64,000 nucleotides of DNA from a virus. Taxonomy: Duplodnaviria; Caudoviricetes. Below are positions 9,158-18,388 of this stretch, in pieces. Both the position numbers and the translations under genes were made by a program. Numbering within the stretch: position 1 is the first letter of the stretch; each line of letters opens with the position of its first letter. The stretch lies in IMG/VR virus record IMGVR_UViG_3300006789_000019, positions 1,461-65,460 of that record; one strand, given 5' to 3'. The notes beneath the pieces were generated by a model, which ran no database searches, was not told the DNA's origin, and saw only the letters and a program-made list of their open reading frames with translations.

Positions 9158-9455
9158 TGGCAGGCCCAGTAAGCCATTTAATATATTTTATCTTTTGTTC
9201 GGGTGTCCAGCTAGATAGATAATCATTTTCTTTGTCAAAGAGTTCTAAAACCTCATTTTCTGTTAGAACCTGATTGCCTATAATTTGCTCACCTATATAG
9301 ATTTGAGAAAATTCGTCAATGTCATTACACGTGACCGCATCATCTAACCAATGGGTCTCGTAAGGCATAGTTGGGTTCATTTTCTGTAGGTCTTCTTCAG
9401 AAACAACATACCTATGCTTAAAAGTTTGAATTGTTTCAATTGAAAAATACTTCAT
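9147..9455 (-). CDS. hypothetical phage protein
   Basis: GGAGG RBS. Confidence 0.8.
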   Translation of the reverse strand: MKYFSIETIQTFKHRYVVSEEDLQKMNPTMPYETHWLDDAVTCNDIDEFSQIYIGEQIIGNQVLTENEVLELFDKENDYLSSWTPEQKIKYIKWLTGPANES

Positions 9456-9464
9456 ATTTACCTC

Positions 9465-10457
9465 CTAATCAGTATAACTATTATTCAAATATTGGGCGTG
9501 GTCGTTTGCACGATCTGCTACCCGCTGTAAATCATGGATGCCACAGAATCGCATAAAATGGACGCCGACTTGATTTTTCTTATCCTTTTGTACTTGTTCA
9601 ACAATAACTGTATCTAGCTTTTGTTTAATATGGTCAGGCTGTAAAGTAAGATCAATTAGCAGTTGATTCCGTTTATAGTCATCAAGCACTCGGTGCTCAA
9701 CATCTTCGTGATCTACCCACCGTTGTAACATAAAGTTATTCCAGTTATAACCTTGAGCATCCTTGTCTGCAAATGCTTCTAACATGCCTACTTTATTTTT
9801 AGTGCCTTTCTTACGACATCCTGGATATGCACTAAAGATATTATCAGATGAATCGCCACGAATACACTTTTCAAACAATAACCATTCTGGATTACCAATC
9901 ATTTTGGGCTCTTTAGTCTTTTTATCTTTGACGTGGTTGCCGCGATCATCAAATATGCCATCATGTGTGATGAGCTGGCCTGTTATACCATTATACTGAC
10001 TAACATTGCCATTAATAAGCTGATAAAAGTCACTATCACTGCTTACGATACAATGATTATCATCTGGATGATTTTGTATCCAACGTGCAATAAAATCATC
10101 TGCTTCGCATTCTTGATGTTGTAATATAGTTGTATTTGTCTTATTGGTCATGTAATATCTAAAATTATCAAATGCATCCCAGAATTTTTGATCTTCTTCT
10201 TGCTCTTGTACTGTTTTAGCAGCTATAATTTCTTTACGATTTCGTTTATACGGTTCATATGCATCTTTACGCCAACTACGGCCTTCAAAACACATCACAA
10301 CATGTGATCCATTTTGCTCGCGCCATACCTTTGCAATACTATTAAACATAATATGATATGACATGCCAATTTTGGTTTCAATATCACTACCGCGGACAAC
10401 ATGTCGTGCTCGCATAAACATATTGGCTGAGTCAACTAATATATACGTCTTTTTCAT
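9465..10457 (-). CDS. rnh: T4-type RNase H / 5'-3' (flap) exonuclease
   Basis: LVDSAN, SWRK..Y..YK.NR, EADD, SSDSDFYQL, GDSSDNI. Confidence 0.9.
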   Translation of the reverse strand: MKKTYILVDSANMFMRARHVVRGSDIETKIGMSYHIMFNSIAKVWREQNGSHVVMCFEGRSWRKDAYEPYKRNRKEIIAAKTVQEQEEDQKFWDAFDNFRYYMTNKTNTTILQHQECEADDFIARWIQNHPDDNHCIVSSDSDFYQLINGNVSQYNGITGQLITHDGIFDDRGNHVKDKKTKEPKMIGNPEWLLFEKCIRGDSSDNIFSAYPGCRKKGTKNKVGMLEAFADKDAQGYNWNNFMLQRWVDHEDVEHRVLDDYKRNQLLIDLTLQPDHIKQKLDTVIVEQVQKDKKNQVGVHFMRFCGIHDLQRVADRANDHAQYLNNSYTD

Positions 10458-10487
10458 TACTAACCCTTTAAAATTTATATTGTTGAT

Positions 10488-10516
10488 ATATTAACATAAC
10501 CATTAAGGTATGTCAA
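10488..10516 (-). promoter_or_regulatory. sigma70 promoter TTGACA-N17-TAATAT (extended -10 TG)
   Basis: Upstream of RNase H. Confidence 0.65.
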
Positions 10517-10789
10517 TCAAGATTCTTGATCACCAATGTTACGGCAAAGCTGTGTAAACCATGCATCAATTATTTCTTCTTCTGAAGAACCAGTATATCC
10601 GGCATCCATCAACTTTTTAATGAAATGTTGATTCCAATCCAGTTCAAAATAACCATCACTTGGCTTATTTTTATCAAAGCTAACATTAATAACTTTAACA
10701 TACGGCTCGCCACGAGCAGAAGCACCATCTTTCTCTGCAACTTGATTTTTATCTGATTTTTTAAATAAATTTCTTAATTTCTTAAACAT
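10517..10789 (-). CDS. hypothetical phage protein (start revised to MFKKL)
   Basis: GGAAGG RBS; GYFELDWN...GY.G..EEEIID.WF. Confidence 0.75.
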   Translation of the reverse strand: MFKKLRNLFKKSDKNQVAEKDGASARGEPYVKVINVSFDKNKPSDGYFELDWNQHFIKKLMDAGYTGSSEEEIIDAWFTQLCRNIGDQES

Positions 10790-10793
10790 TAGT

Positions 10794-11894
10794 TTACCAC
10801 CTTCCTGTTTGTTCCCACGGCACATCTTTGTTACCAAAATGACCATATCTGCAATTCTCACTATACTTATAAAACTTAAATAAATCAAACCTATCGATAA
10901 TACCTTTTGGTGTTAAATCAATATTGTTTTCAATAAATTTTTGAATACTGCGATTGTGTCCGTTACTGTCTACATATATACTTGTTGGTTGTTTAACACC
11001 AATAGCATATGATAACTGAATTTGACACCAATCAGCCATGTCATCTGATACGACATTTTTTGCTAGCCAACGTGCCATATAAGCTGCACTTCTATCTACT
11101 TTGGTAGGGTCTTTACCACTAAAAGCGCCGCCGCCATGAGGAGCAAAACCGCCGTAGGTATCCACAATAATTTTTCGGCCAGTAAGGCCTGTATCACCGT
11201 CCGGACCACCAATAACAAAGTTACCAGTAGGATTAAGATGCCAAATAGTATTCTCATCTACATAATCACCTAAAATTGTTTCTGCAGAATGTCGCGCTAA
11301 TTCTTTTGCTAAGATGCCGCAACCATCTGTGTGTTGAGTACTTACGACCACTTGATCAATACGTTTAATTAAACCATCACGCCTGTCACCGTAATATTCT
11401 ACACTAACTTGCGATTTAGCATCAGGGCCTAAAATATCTGTAATCTTACGTTCTTCATTTAAGTCTTTTAAAATTTCATGTGCAAAATGAATCGGTGCTG
11501 GCATCATGCTATCTGTGTGATTACACGCATACCCGAACATAATGCCTTGGTCACCAGCACCAAAACTATCTGTTCCTAATGCGATATCACCTGATTGTTT
11601 ATGAATTTCGTTATAAACATTTAGTCGGTTCCAATGAAACCCGTCTTGTTCGTAACCAATTTCCCGTACTTTATCGCGTACAATTTGTTCTACTTGGTCT
11701 TTACTTAGATTAAAGTTTTTTACTTCGCCCGCCAACGTAACTAAGTTGGTAGTTACAAGTGTTTCAATAGCAACACGAGTTGTTTCATCACCCGCTTTTA
11801 ACCCAGCATCAACAAGTGCATCACTAATCTGATCTGCTATTTTGTCTGGGTGGCCATTACTAACACTTTCGCTTGTAAAAATTTGATTTGTCAT
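10794..11894 (-). CDS. metK: S-adenosylmethionine synthetase
   Basis: FTSESVSNGHPDKIADQISD, GAGDQG, DAKSQV, GLTGRKIIVDTYGG, GGGAFSGKDPTKVDRS. Confidence 0.97.
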   Translation of the reverse strand: MTNQIFTSESVSNGHPDKIADQISDALVDAGLKAGDETTRVAIETLVTTNLVTLAGEVKNFNLSKDQVEQIVRDKVREIGYEQDGFHWNRLNVYNEIHKQSGDIALGTDSFGAGDQGIMFGYACNHTDSMMPAPIHFAHEILKDLNEERKITDILGPDAKSQVSVEYYGDRRDGLIKRIDQVVVSTQHTDGCGILAKELARHSAETILGDYVDENTIWHLNPTGNFVIGGPDGDTGLTGRKIIVDTYGGFAPHGGGAFSGKDPTKVDRSAAYMARWLAKNVVSDDMADWCQIQLSYAIGVKQPTSIYVDSNGHNRSIQKFIENNIDLTPKGIIDRFDLFKFYKYSENCRYGHFGNKDVPWEQTGRW

Positions 11895-11972
11895 ATATTT
11901 TTTTATCCTCTATTTTAAAATCCTGCTTTTCTAATATCTTCAATATTACTTTGATTTTCCTTATTATGTACA

Positions 11973-12938
11973 TTAAGTTCCCCAGGCATTTCCGAATAAT
12001 GTGATGTGGAGTCTTGGAGTGAATCGCCATCCTCTTTCCATACAGGCTTCGGCGACTTCTTGAATATTGAGATTATATTCTTCTGAACGTCCGCCAAGCG
12101 GCATAAGATATACTGGACATTCAAGCCCTGCTTTGCGATACTCCTGCACTGCTCTAGTAACTTCATCAAAATCATCGCTATTAGCGACAACAAACTTAAG
12201 ATAAATATCACTGCCATCCAAGGCGGAATAATTAACAGCAATATCAGGCTTAATAGCATTATCCCAACTTTCCCCTGAAACTGAGAGTTTTGGTGAACAG
12301 CTAAATGTGACTGTAAGTCGGTCATTATCGTTGAGATAATTGAAGAAGTCGACATGTAAATGTTGTGTAGTATTTGTTTCAAATGTGACATTTTTTAAAT
12401 CCTGCATGCGTGGATGCTCAAATAGCTCTACATAAAGTCGTTGCCACGCCAACAACGGCTCGCCACCTGTCATGACCAAATGTATGTCTTGGCCGTTGTC
12501 CATTGTCCACTTGCCTTCTGGTGTAAGTGATAAAAGATGTTCAACTACATCGTCAATAGTTGCTTGTTTATTAAAGTCTTTAAATTCTGGATATATACTT
12601 GCATATGTATCACAACCAGTATGAACAATTGGTAGCTCTTCAAAGGTGGCAGTTTCTTTGTGTACATTATTATTTATTAGTTCAAGAACTTCAGGATTAT
12701 ACCGTCCATTCTCAGAGCCAGCAGGTCTGCCAAAATTTTTGCAACGAAAATTACAGCCAAATGTTCGTAAAAAAACGCTTGGTACCCCTACAAATTTACC
12801 TTCGCCTTGTATACTATAAAATGCTTCACTATATCTAAGTTTCTTTTGTTTGACTGGCTTGACCAAAGAACTAGTAACGTCCGTTGGCGTGCTCAATCTG
12901 TCATCATTATATACATCTAATATATCGGTATTATTCAT
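11973..12938 (-). CDS. queE: 7-carboxy-7-deazaguanine synthase QueE (radical SAM)
   Basis: EAFYSIQGEG, SVFLRTFGCNFRC...GCDT, TGGEPL, ETN, SPKL, RLH; long insertion inside the cluster motif. Confidence 0.9.
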   Translation of the reverse strand: MNNTDILDVYNDDRLSTPTDVTSSLVKPVKQKKLRYSEAFYSIQGEGKFVGVPSVFLRTFGCNFRCKNFGRPAGSENGRYNPEVLELINNNVHKETATFEELPIVHTGCDTYASIYPEFKDFNKQATIDDVVEHLLSLTPEGKWTMDNGQDIHLVMTGGEPLLAWQRLYVELFEHPRMQDLKNVTFETNTTQHLHVDFFNYLNDNDRLTVTFSCSPKLSVSGESWDNAIKPDIAVNYSALDGSDIYLKFVVANSDDFDEVTRAVQEYRKAGLECPVYLMPLGGRSEEYNLNIQEVAEACMERGWRFTPRLHITLFGNAWGT

Positions 12939-13167
12939 CGTTGTTCCTGTCTCTATTGTCTTTTTTCTTAGTCATTTCAATCGAGCCATTATCACGTACA
13001 ATCCATGTTATGGTATCGTCAACATCCAAATCAAGTGCTTTCAATACTTTATCTGGTAACGTAATAGCTACTTCATCATTTCCAACATCAAATGGGGTTA
13101 CTATCCATGAATTTTCGCCAACTTGCCAAATGTATTTAGATGCATCAATTTCTGGGTCATTTGTCAT
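12931..13167 (-). CDS. AbrB/MazE/SpoVT-like DNA-binding protein
   Basis: VAITLPDKVLKALDL..DDTI.W. Confidence 0.7.
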   Translation of the reverse strand: MTNDPEIDASKYIWQVGENSWIVTPFDVGNDEVAITLPDKVLKALDLDVDDTITWIVRDNGSIEMTKKKDNRDRNNDE

Positions 13168-13438
13168 ATAAATTACTCCATATTGTTAATTTATTTTTCT
13201 TAACTTGTATTCTAGCATTAAGTTCTTCTTCTGTCAAGATTCCTTTTTCAATCATAATATCAATCATTGCCATAACATCGCCGGCTTCTGTTACTAATCG
13301 TTGCCTATTGGTGATTTCTCCATTCCCATCATCAATCCCCCAACGATAAATCTTACTGCATGCTTGTGTTAATTCACCACATTCTTCCATAGTGATAACC
13401 ATCAATTCATCTAGATTATTTTTTTCTTTATTTTGCAT
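13157..13438 (-). CDS. MazG-like NTP pyrophosphohydrolase
   Basis: EECGEL...EAGDV (ExxE...ExxD). Confidence 0.8.
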   Translation of the reverse strand: MQNKEKNNLDELMVITMEECGELTQACSKIYRWGIDDGNGEITNRQRLVTEAGDVMAMIDIMIEKGILTEEELNARIQVKKNKLTIWSNLYDK

Positions 13439-13453
13439 ATCAGAATAATTCCT

Positions 13454-13918
13454 TCACTTGTACGCTTTACCAAAGCCTTCAATATATAGCTGCTCGTATT
13501 TCTCGAAACGATATATATGAAAATCATGAAACATTCCATACATTTTTGCACCTTTGCTTACTACGTCAAATTTCTTTAACAATTTTTGAAACATTTCACT
13601 GCGCTTATCATTAGTAAATGGTGCTGGATATAATTTACCCATAACACTATATCTAGGATTATTCATGCGTGATGTATGGCCTTCACTATGTGCAAAATAC
13701 AAACATACACGTTTAGAATGAGTTCTAATATGCCTAGTATGTTCACTTAGATCACTCATTAATAAATATATTTCACCATCGTCGACTACTGGCATTACTT
13801 TTGAAATTAATGGAAATCGTTCATCCATTGTAGCTAGTGCCGCGTGTTCATAATTTTCTATTAATCCATCAATACGTTCTTGAACTTCAGGCGTAATCTC
13901 ATGATACATATCATCCAT
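13454..13918 (-). CDS. pyridoxamine 5'-phosphate oxidase/HugZ-like split-barrel protein
   Basis: AALAT..P..S, SDLSEHT, R.S..G, DF......GFGKAY. Confidence 0.75.
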   Translation of the reverse strand: MDDMYHEITPEVQERIDGLIENYEHAALATMDERFPLISKVMPVVDDGEIYLLMSDLSEHTRHIRTHSKRVCLYFAHSEGHTSRMNNPRYSVMGKLYPAPFTNDKRSEMFQKLLKKFDVVSKGAKMYGMFHDFHIYRFEKYEQLYIEGFGKAYK

Positions 13919-13923
13919 AATAC

Positions 13924-14232
13924 TTACCCTCCGCCGGATAATTTGTTTAGGAATATCTTTTGGTCGATTCTCTTTTCAATATCTATTTCAACATCAAAGT
14001 TTTTAGTTAATACCATTTCTTTAATAATATCTGTTAATACTTCAATTTCATATGTTTGTCGTCGCAGTGTTTCTCCTACTTTTATATCGCCTTGGTTATC
14101 GTGATTAATCACTATATCTCTATCGGGATCAAGTGTTGTATTACCTAACGTCAGGGTGCCAGAATACGCCGGTGGCGCACTAGGCGGTGGGCCATTGGCA
14201 GTCGATACAAGGACTGGGGTTTTGGGTGCCAT
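13924..14232 (-). CDS. hypothetical protein
   Basis: AGGAG RBS; Pro-rich N-terminus. Confidence 0.75.
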   Translation of the reverse strand: MAPKTPVLVSTANGPPPSAPPAYSGTLTLGNTTLDPDRDIVINHDNQGDIKVGETLRRQTYEIEVLTDIIKEMVLTKNFDVEIDIEKRIDQKIFLNKLSGGG

Positions 14233-14254
14233 TATTTTCTCCTTTGTTTACGTT

Positions 14255-17005
14255 TTAAAAGCGGCCTATTAGTTTAATGCCAAACTCTGATTTAGTGGCG
14301 CCGCTTTCACCTGCATAGTTGTTGCGTAACTCTGCAAACAAGCTCAAGTTAGTTACTGGAGTAAGCTCTGCATCATAAAACATGCCTACACTATACTCAC
14401 GTGCATTGTTAGCAAGCGAACTTGTCATTGTACTGTGATGGATATCGCCACTTAAACTCACGCTGGTGGGCATTTCAAAAGTTACATCTGCATCTGTAAT
14501 AGCAACTGGAAGTGCTGCTACTAGTCCGAATGTAGAACGATTGTCTACTACAAATCTAGTACCTACCCTTGCACTATTAGACAATACAGTAGACGCTGAT
14601 TTCATCATAGCATCGCTATTTACATTTAACTCAGTAACACCAAATGATGCTGCGCCAAATACATTAATACCACGAGCAATTGTTTGTTCAGCTTCATATC
14701 CAAGATATAATGTAGTACCACCATTAATATCCATAATAGCATTGTCTGCATAGTTACCAAGGAATGTATCATCTTCATGTAATACACCTAGTGCTAGATT
14801 GCTATTTACTTGATACGATATCCCAAAGCCATTGCCGCCACCTACATTTATTATAGTATTTAGGCTGGTGTCAACTGGAATAGTTATACCTCTTGCATAA
14901 CCTGCATATTCATCAATTTGCGTGTTATTTTGAACTGCTTTAGTAATTTGCACTGTGCGAGTATCAATGCCGGAAATTAATTCGTTACCGTTGATATAAA
15001 AGTCTCGATCATAATCATCAATAACCATCATTTCATCTAATGCTGAAACTGATGCACCTGCAATATTAAGTGATTGGCTAGCATCTACTTCTACTGTTTC
15101 ACCATTAACACGCCCTGTAGTTGGGATACCTATTACGCCTTGTGGACTTGTTGCTTCATCCAAATCCATCATACCTTGACCATGAATATGTTCGTCATAA
15201 TGTGCAAAGGCTTTATCGCCAGTGGATAGCAATAACTTAACTAAGTTTTCGCCCGTCATATGTGGCCACTGTTGGTGTAGCAAAGCAATGCCGCCTGTAA
15301 TATGCGGTGCTGCCATTGACGTACCAGACATTGTCTCGTATTCACCGTCATTATTAGTAGACATTACGTAGGAACCAGGCGCCAGTAAGTAATAATCACT
15401 AATACGATATTGGTTATTACATGTGTTTTGTTCTTCATTATAATCAAAACATACGGTACCAGCTTTATTGCTATTAAAGTTTAAACCATTAGTCGCTTTC
15501 GCATCATAATTACCAGCAACAATGACACGGCCGCCCAATGCTAATTCACCATTTTCATCTTCCAATACTGCCAGATGCGCTGGGAAAGTTGTAATATCTG
15601 ATCGATCATTACCTGCTGAAGCTACTAGTACCATTTCATTACCGCTCATTGCTGCAATAGTGCTATCAACAAATGCATTATCCAGTATATGAAAATAGCC
15701 ATTGTCAGCAAATGTAGTTCCATCTGCTTTCCAAGATCGACTGTCTGTAGATCGGTATAATCCATCTTCAATCTTGACAAGACTGTTTTTATAGGTAGTA
15801 TCTATTCTGGTATTAGCACTAACGTTTGCTACAACTGCATTATTATTAGCAGCCCAGGCAAGTGCTTTTGCCATATCTGTCATATTAACCATACCATATG
15901 CACCTGTAGTAATTTTACCAATTAACAAATTGGCATCTGGTGCTACGCCCGTCATGCCTTCACCATCTAATGCTGCTGCGGCGATACCAGCAACATGTGT
16001 ACCGTGACCAGATATATCATCAACAGCCTCACCTTTATAATCACAGCCATATGAGAAACATTCTAAATTAAGAATACGATTAACAAATTCTGGATGATCT
16101 GTATCAATACCAGAATCTAGAATAGCAATGGTTGAACCTAATCCAGTCCATCCACGTGCCCATGCTGCTGGTGCATTAATTTGTTCTAGGTTACGACCGT
16201 ATTCTGCCCAACCTAAATCGATAGTAGACTTCTTAAATCCAGACCATTGATTTTGTGCGGCTTTTAAGTATGCATCAGTACCAGTAACAATTACATCTGG
16301 TCGTGCCAGATATTCTTCTTCAGTTAATATATTGACTGTTTTGGTACTAGATTGATCATTACCAACATCTTCTTCGACCACAAGAGCATATTGGCGCAAC
16401 AGATTTGTTTCTGTATCTGTGCGCATATCTTGTGTGATCTCAGTATTTTTTAATTCACCACTAGTAGTTGTAAACTTAGTACCATCGCTATAATGCTTAG
16501 TAGTATACGTGAATACAAATGATCTAGTGGTTACATCAGTAGCATATTGTCTAACAAATTCCTCAAAAACAGACACTATATTATCTTCTGTTTCTTCGTA
16601 AGTTCGCTCAACAGTACTATATAGATATTCTTCGCCACGCTTTACTTGGACATAATCCTTGGTAGTAATTACAGTTTCAATTACTGCTGGCGCTGCGGAA
16701 TTTAGCGTTGCTTGTAGGTCTTTCCAACGAGTAAGCTGTTCTGTATATGTTGCTAATCTGTCAACATAAATTTTTGCCCAAGAATAATGGCCATATTTGG
16801 CTACAATATTCTCGTATACAGCATTTCGTCGCTCCAGCGATTTTGTAATAACATCTACAAAATTACGCTGTGAAGCTGCATTTTTAATATTAGTGGCATA
16901 ATTATAATAAAAGTCGCTGAATGCGTAGGCTTGTTGTGGTACTGCCGTCAACGACATAGCGAATGCTGCAGCCGCAATAGCTTTACTTAACTTATTTAAA
17001 AGCAT
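14255..17005 (-). CDS. secreted subtilisin-like S8 serine protease with a probable C-terminal beta-barrel (autotransporter-like); start revised
   Basis: GAGG RBS before ATG 17005; signal peptide ending AYA; ILDSG, GHGTHVAG, AGN, SGTSMAAP; amphipathic beta C-terminus ending in F. Confidence 0.88.
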   Translation of the reverse strand: MLLNKLSKAIAAAAFAMSLTAVPQQAYAFSDFYYNYATNIKNAASQRNFVDVITKSLERRNAVYENIVAKYGHYSWAKIYVDRLATYTEQLTRWKDLQATLNSAAPAVIETVITTKDYVQVKRGEEYLYSTVERTYEETEDNIVSVFEEFVRQYATDVTTRSFVFTYTTKHYSDGTKFTTTSGELKNTEITQDMRTDTETNLLRQYALVVEEDVGNDQSSTKTVNILTEEEYLARPDVIVTGTDAYLKAAQNQWSGFKKSTIDLGWAEYGRNLEQINAPAAWARGWTGLGSTIAILDSGIDTDHPEFVNRILNLECFSYGCDYKGEAVDDISGHGTHVAGIAAAALDGEGMTGVAPDANLLIGKITTGAYGMVNMTDMAKALAWAANNNAVVANVSANTRIDTTYKNSLVKIEDGLYRSTDSRSWKADGTTFADNGYFHILDNAFVDSTIAAMSGNEMVLVASAGNDRSDITTFPAHLAVLEDENGELALGGRVIVAGNYDAKATNGLNFNSNKAGTVCFDYNEEQNTCNNQYRISDYYLLAPGSYVMSTNNDGEYETMSGTSMAAPHITGGIALLHQQWPHMTGENLVKLLLSTGDKAFAHYDEHIHGQGMMDLDEATSPQGVIGIPTTGRVNGETVEVDASQSLNIAGASVSALDEMMVIDDYDRDFYINGNELISGIDTRTVQITKAVQNNTQIDEYAGYARGITIPVDTSLNTIINVGGGNGFGISYQVNSNLALGVLHEDDTFLGNYADNAIMDINGGTTLYLGYEAEQTIARGINVFGAASFGVTELNVNSDAMMKSASTVLSNSARVGTRFVVDNRSTFGLVAALPVAITDADVTFEMPTSVSLSGDIHHSTMTSSLANNAREYSVGMFYDAELTPVTNLSLFAELRNNYAGESGATKSEFGIKLIGRF

Positions 17006-17038
17006 TAGAGTTTCCTCATAATTGTTAACTAAGTATAG

Positions 17039-17067
17039 AGTATACAGCAATACGTCTTACTTGTCAA
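17039..17067 (-). promoter_or_regulatory. sigma70 promoter TTGACA-N17-TATACT with a 14-bp operator-like box
   Basis: The spacer holds CAATACGTCTTACT (17048-17061), the reverse complement of 7249-7262. Confidence 0.75.
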
Positions 17068-17077
17068 GCATTATGAG

Positions 17078-17650
17078 TTATTTTTTTGATGTTATGGGCG
17101 ATTCCCAGTGTGCGTGGCATCGTGGTTCATATGATTCAGCACCGCCTATATTTACTCTGCCACCAGATTGTACAATGCGTTGTGTTTTACTTGCGGTTGC
17201 ACCGCATACATTACAGTAACTTGATATTTTTACTACTTGGTCAGCTAATGCCAATAGCCTAGCTGTGGTGTCAAACGGTATTCCACGACTATCTTGATCT
17301 AAGCCAGCACATACGAAATTTACTCCGTCACGCAAGCCTTCTTCAATAAACCATAATGATTCTTTTGGATCAAAGAACTGTACTTCATCAATAAAAACTG
17401 TATGGAAATTATATGGCTTAATATTATAATTATCTTTTACTAATTCTAAATCAATAACAGAAAGAGCAGAATGGCTTAAATGATTATGTGTTACGATTTT
17501 ATCTGGATCAAAACGATCATCTATTACTGGTTTTAACACTAACACCTTTTCACCACTGTGTTCCAAAAAAAGCAGCCGTTTTAATAATTCACTACTTTTC
17601 CCAGCAAACATTGGTCCACTAATAACCTCTAGCTTACCGCGTTTATACAT
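17078..17650 (-). CDS. tdk: thymidine kinase
   Basis: GPMFAGKS, FIDEVQF, AGLD.D, C..C Zn site, IGG.ESYEPRC..H. Confidence 0.95.
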   Translation of the reverse strand: MYKRGKLEVISGPMFAGKSSELLKRLLFLEHSGEKVLVLKPVIDDRFDPDKIVTHNHLSHSALSVIDLELVKDNYNIKPYNFHTVFIDEVQFFDPKESLWFIEEGLRDGVNFVCAGLDQDSRGIPFDTTARLLALADQVVKISSYCNVCGATASKTQRIVQSGGRVNIGGAESYEPRCHAHWESPITSKK

Positions 17651-17789
17651 CTTCTTGCTTCCTTGCCATTACGACTTTATACCAACGCATTAACCAAATT
17701 AATTTTTGTGGGTAATGCGTTGGATTAGGTATATTTTCTTCTCCAAAGTATTCAATGAATCCTTTAATGTCATCATCACTTATATTCAT
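17643..17789 (-). CDS. 48-aa hypothetical protein (not in ORF track)
   Basis: MNISDDDIKGFIEYFGEENIPNPTHYPQKLIWLMRWYKVVMARKQEDV*. It abuts the PRTase stop and overlaps the tdk start. Confidence 0.65.
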   Translation of the reverse strand: MNISDDDIKGFIEYFGEENIPNPTHYPQKLIWLMRWYKVVMARKQEDV

Positions 17790-18338
17790 TTATGCTTTGC
17801 CATAATTGCGTTCACCTTCCCAAGGGAAAACAATCCAAGTTGGATCTTCTGCCTTGTTAATTTCCTGTGCGGTATAATCAACCTCATTAAATGAACTAGC
17901 ATCATTATCAATTAACGTTGCGAAGCGAACATTTTGGCCCCAAACTTCATCCCATCGCGAGCTAGACGGCTGGCACATGGTTCGCCAATCTTTTTTAATC
18001 CACTCTAACGTTTTGCCTGAATCGTTAATATCATCTACAATAAGTATATTTTTCTGTGTATTGTCATGATTATAACCAAACGCATCGTTAGCCATCCAAC
18101 TATTACTTTCTGGTTCTAGCAAGCCAGTTTCATTATCACGAAAACGAACATCCAACGTATACATTGGAATATTAGTCATATTACTTAATATTGTAGATAC
18201 TGGCAAACCGCCTCGCGTAATTCCAACAATATAATCTGGACGCCAATTATCGGCATACATTAGATTATTGATAACCATAATCATGTGTTCAACATCTTTC
18301 CACGTATAATATACTTTATTACTTTTTGTTCCCATCAT
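17790..18338 (-). CDS. purine (xanthine/guanine-type) phosphoribosyltransferase
   Basis: PDYIVGITRGGL, ILIVDDINDSGKT (PRPP-binding loop), WIVFPWE. Confidence 0.88.
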   Translation of the reverse strand: MMGTKSNKVYYTWKDVEHMIMVINNLMYADNWRPDYIVGITRGGLPVSTILSNMTNIPMYTLDVRFRDNETGLLEPESNSWMANDAFGYNHDNTQKNILIVDDINDSGKTLEWIKKDWRTMCQPSSSRWDEVWGQNVRFATLIDNDASSFNEVDYTAQEINKAEDPTWIVFPWEGERNYGKA

Positions 18339-18388
18339 TGATCTCCTTCACAATTGTTATTTTTTAATTCTACATATTTCAAGATAAT

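Noticed and set aside
12931-13438. mazEFG toxin-antitoxin module
   Set aside because: AbrB/MazE-like and MazG-like genes are adjacent, but there is no MazF-like toxin ORF.
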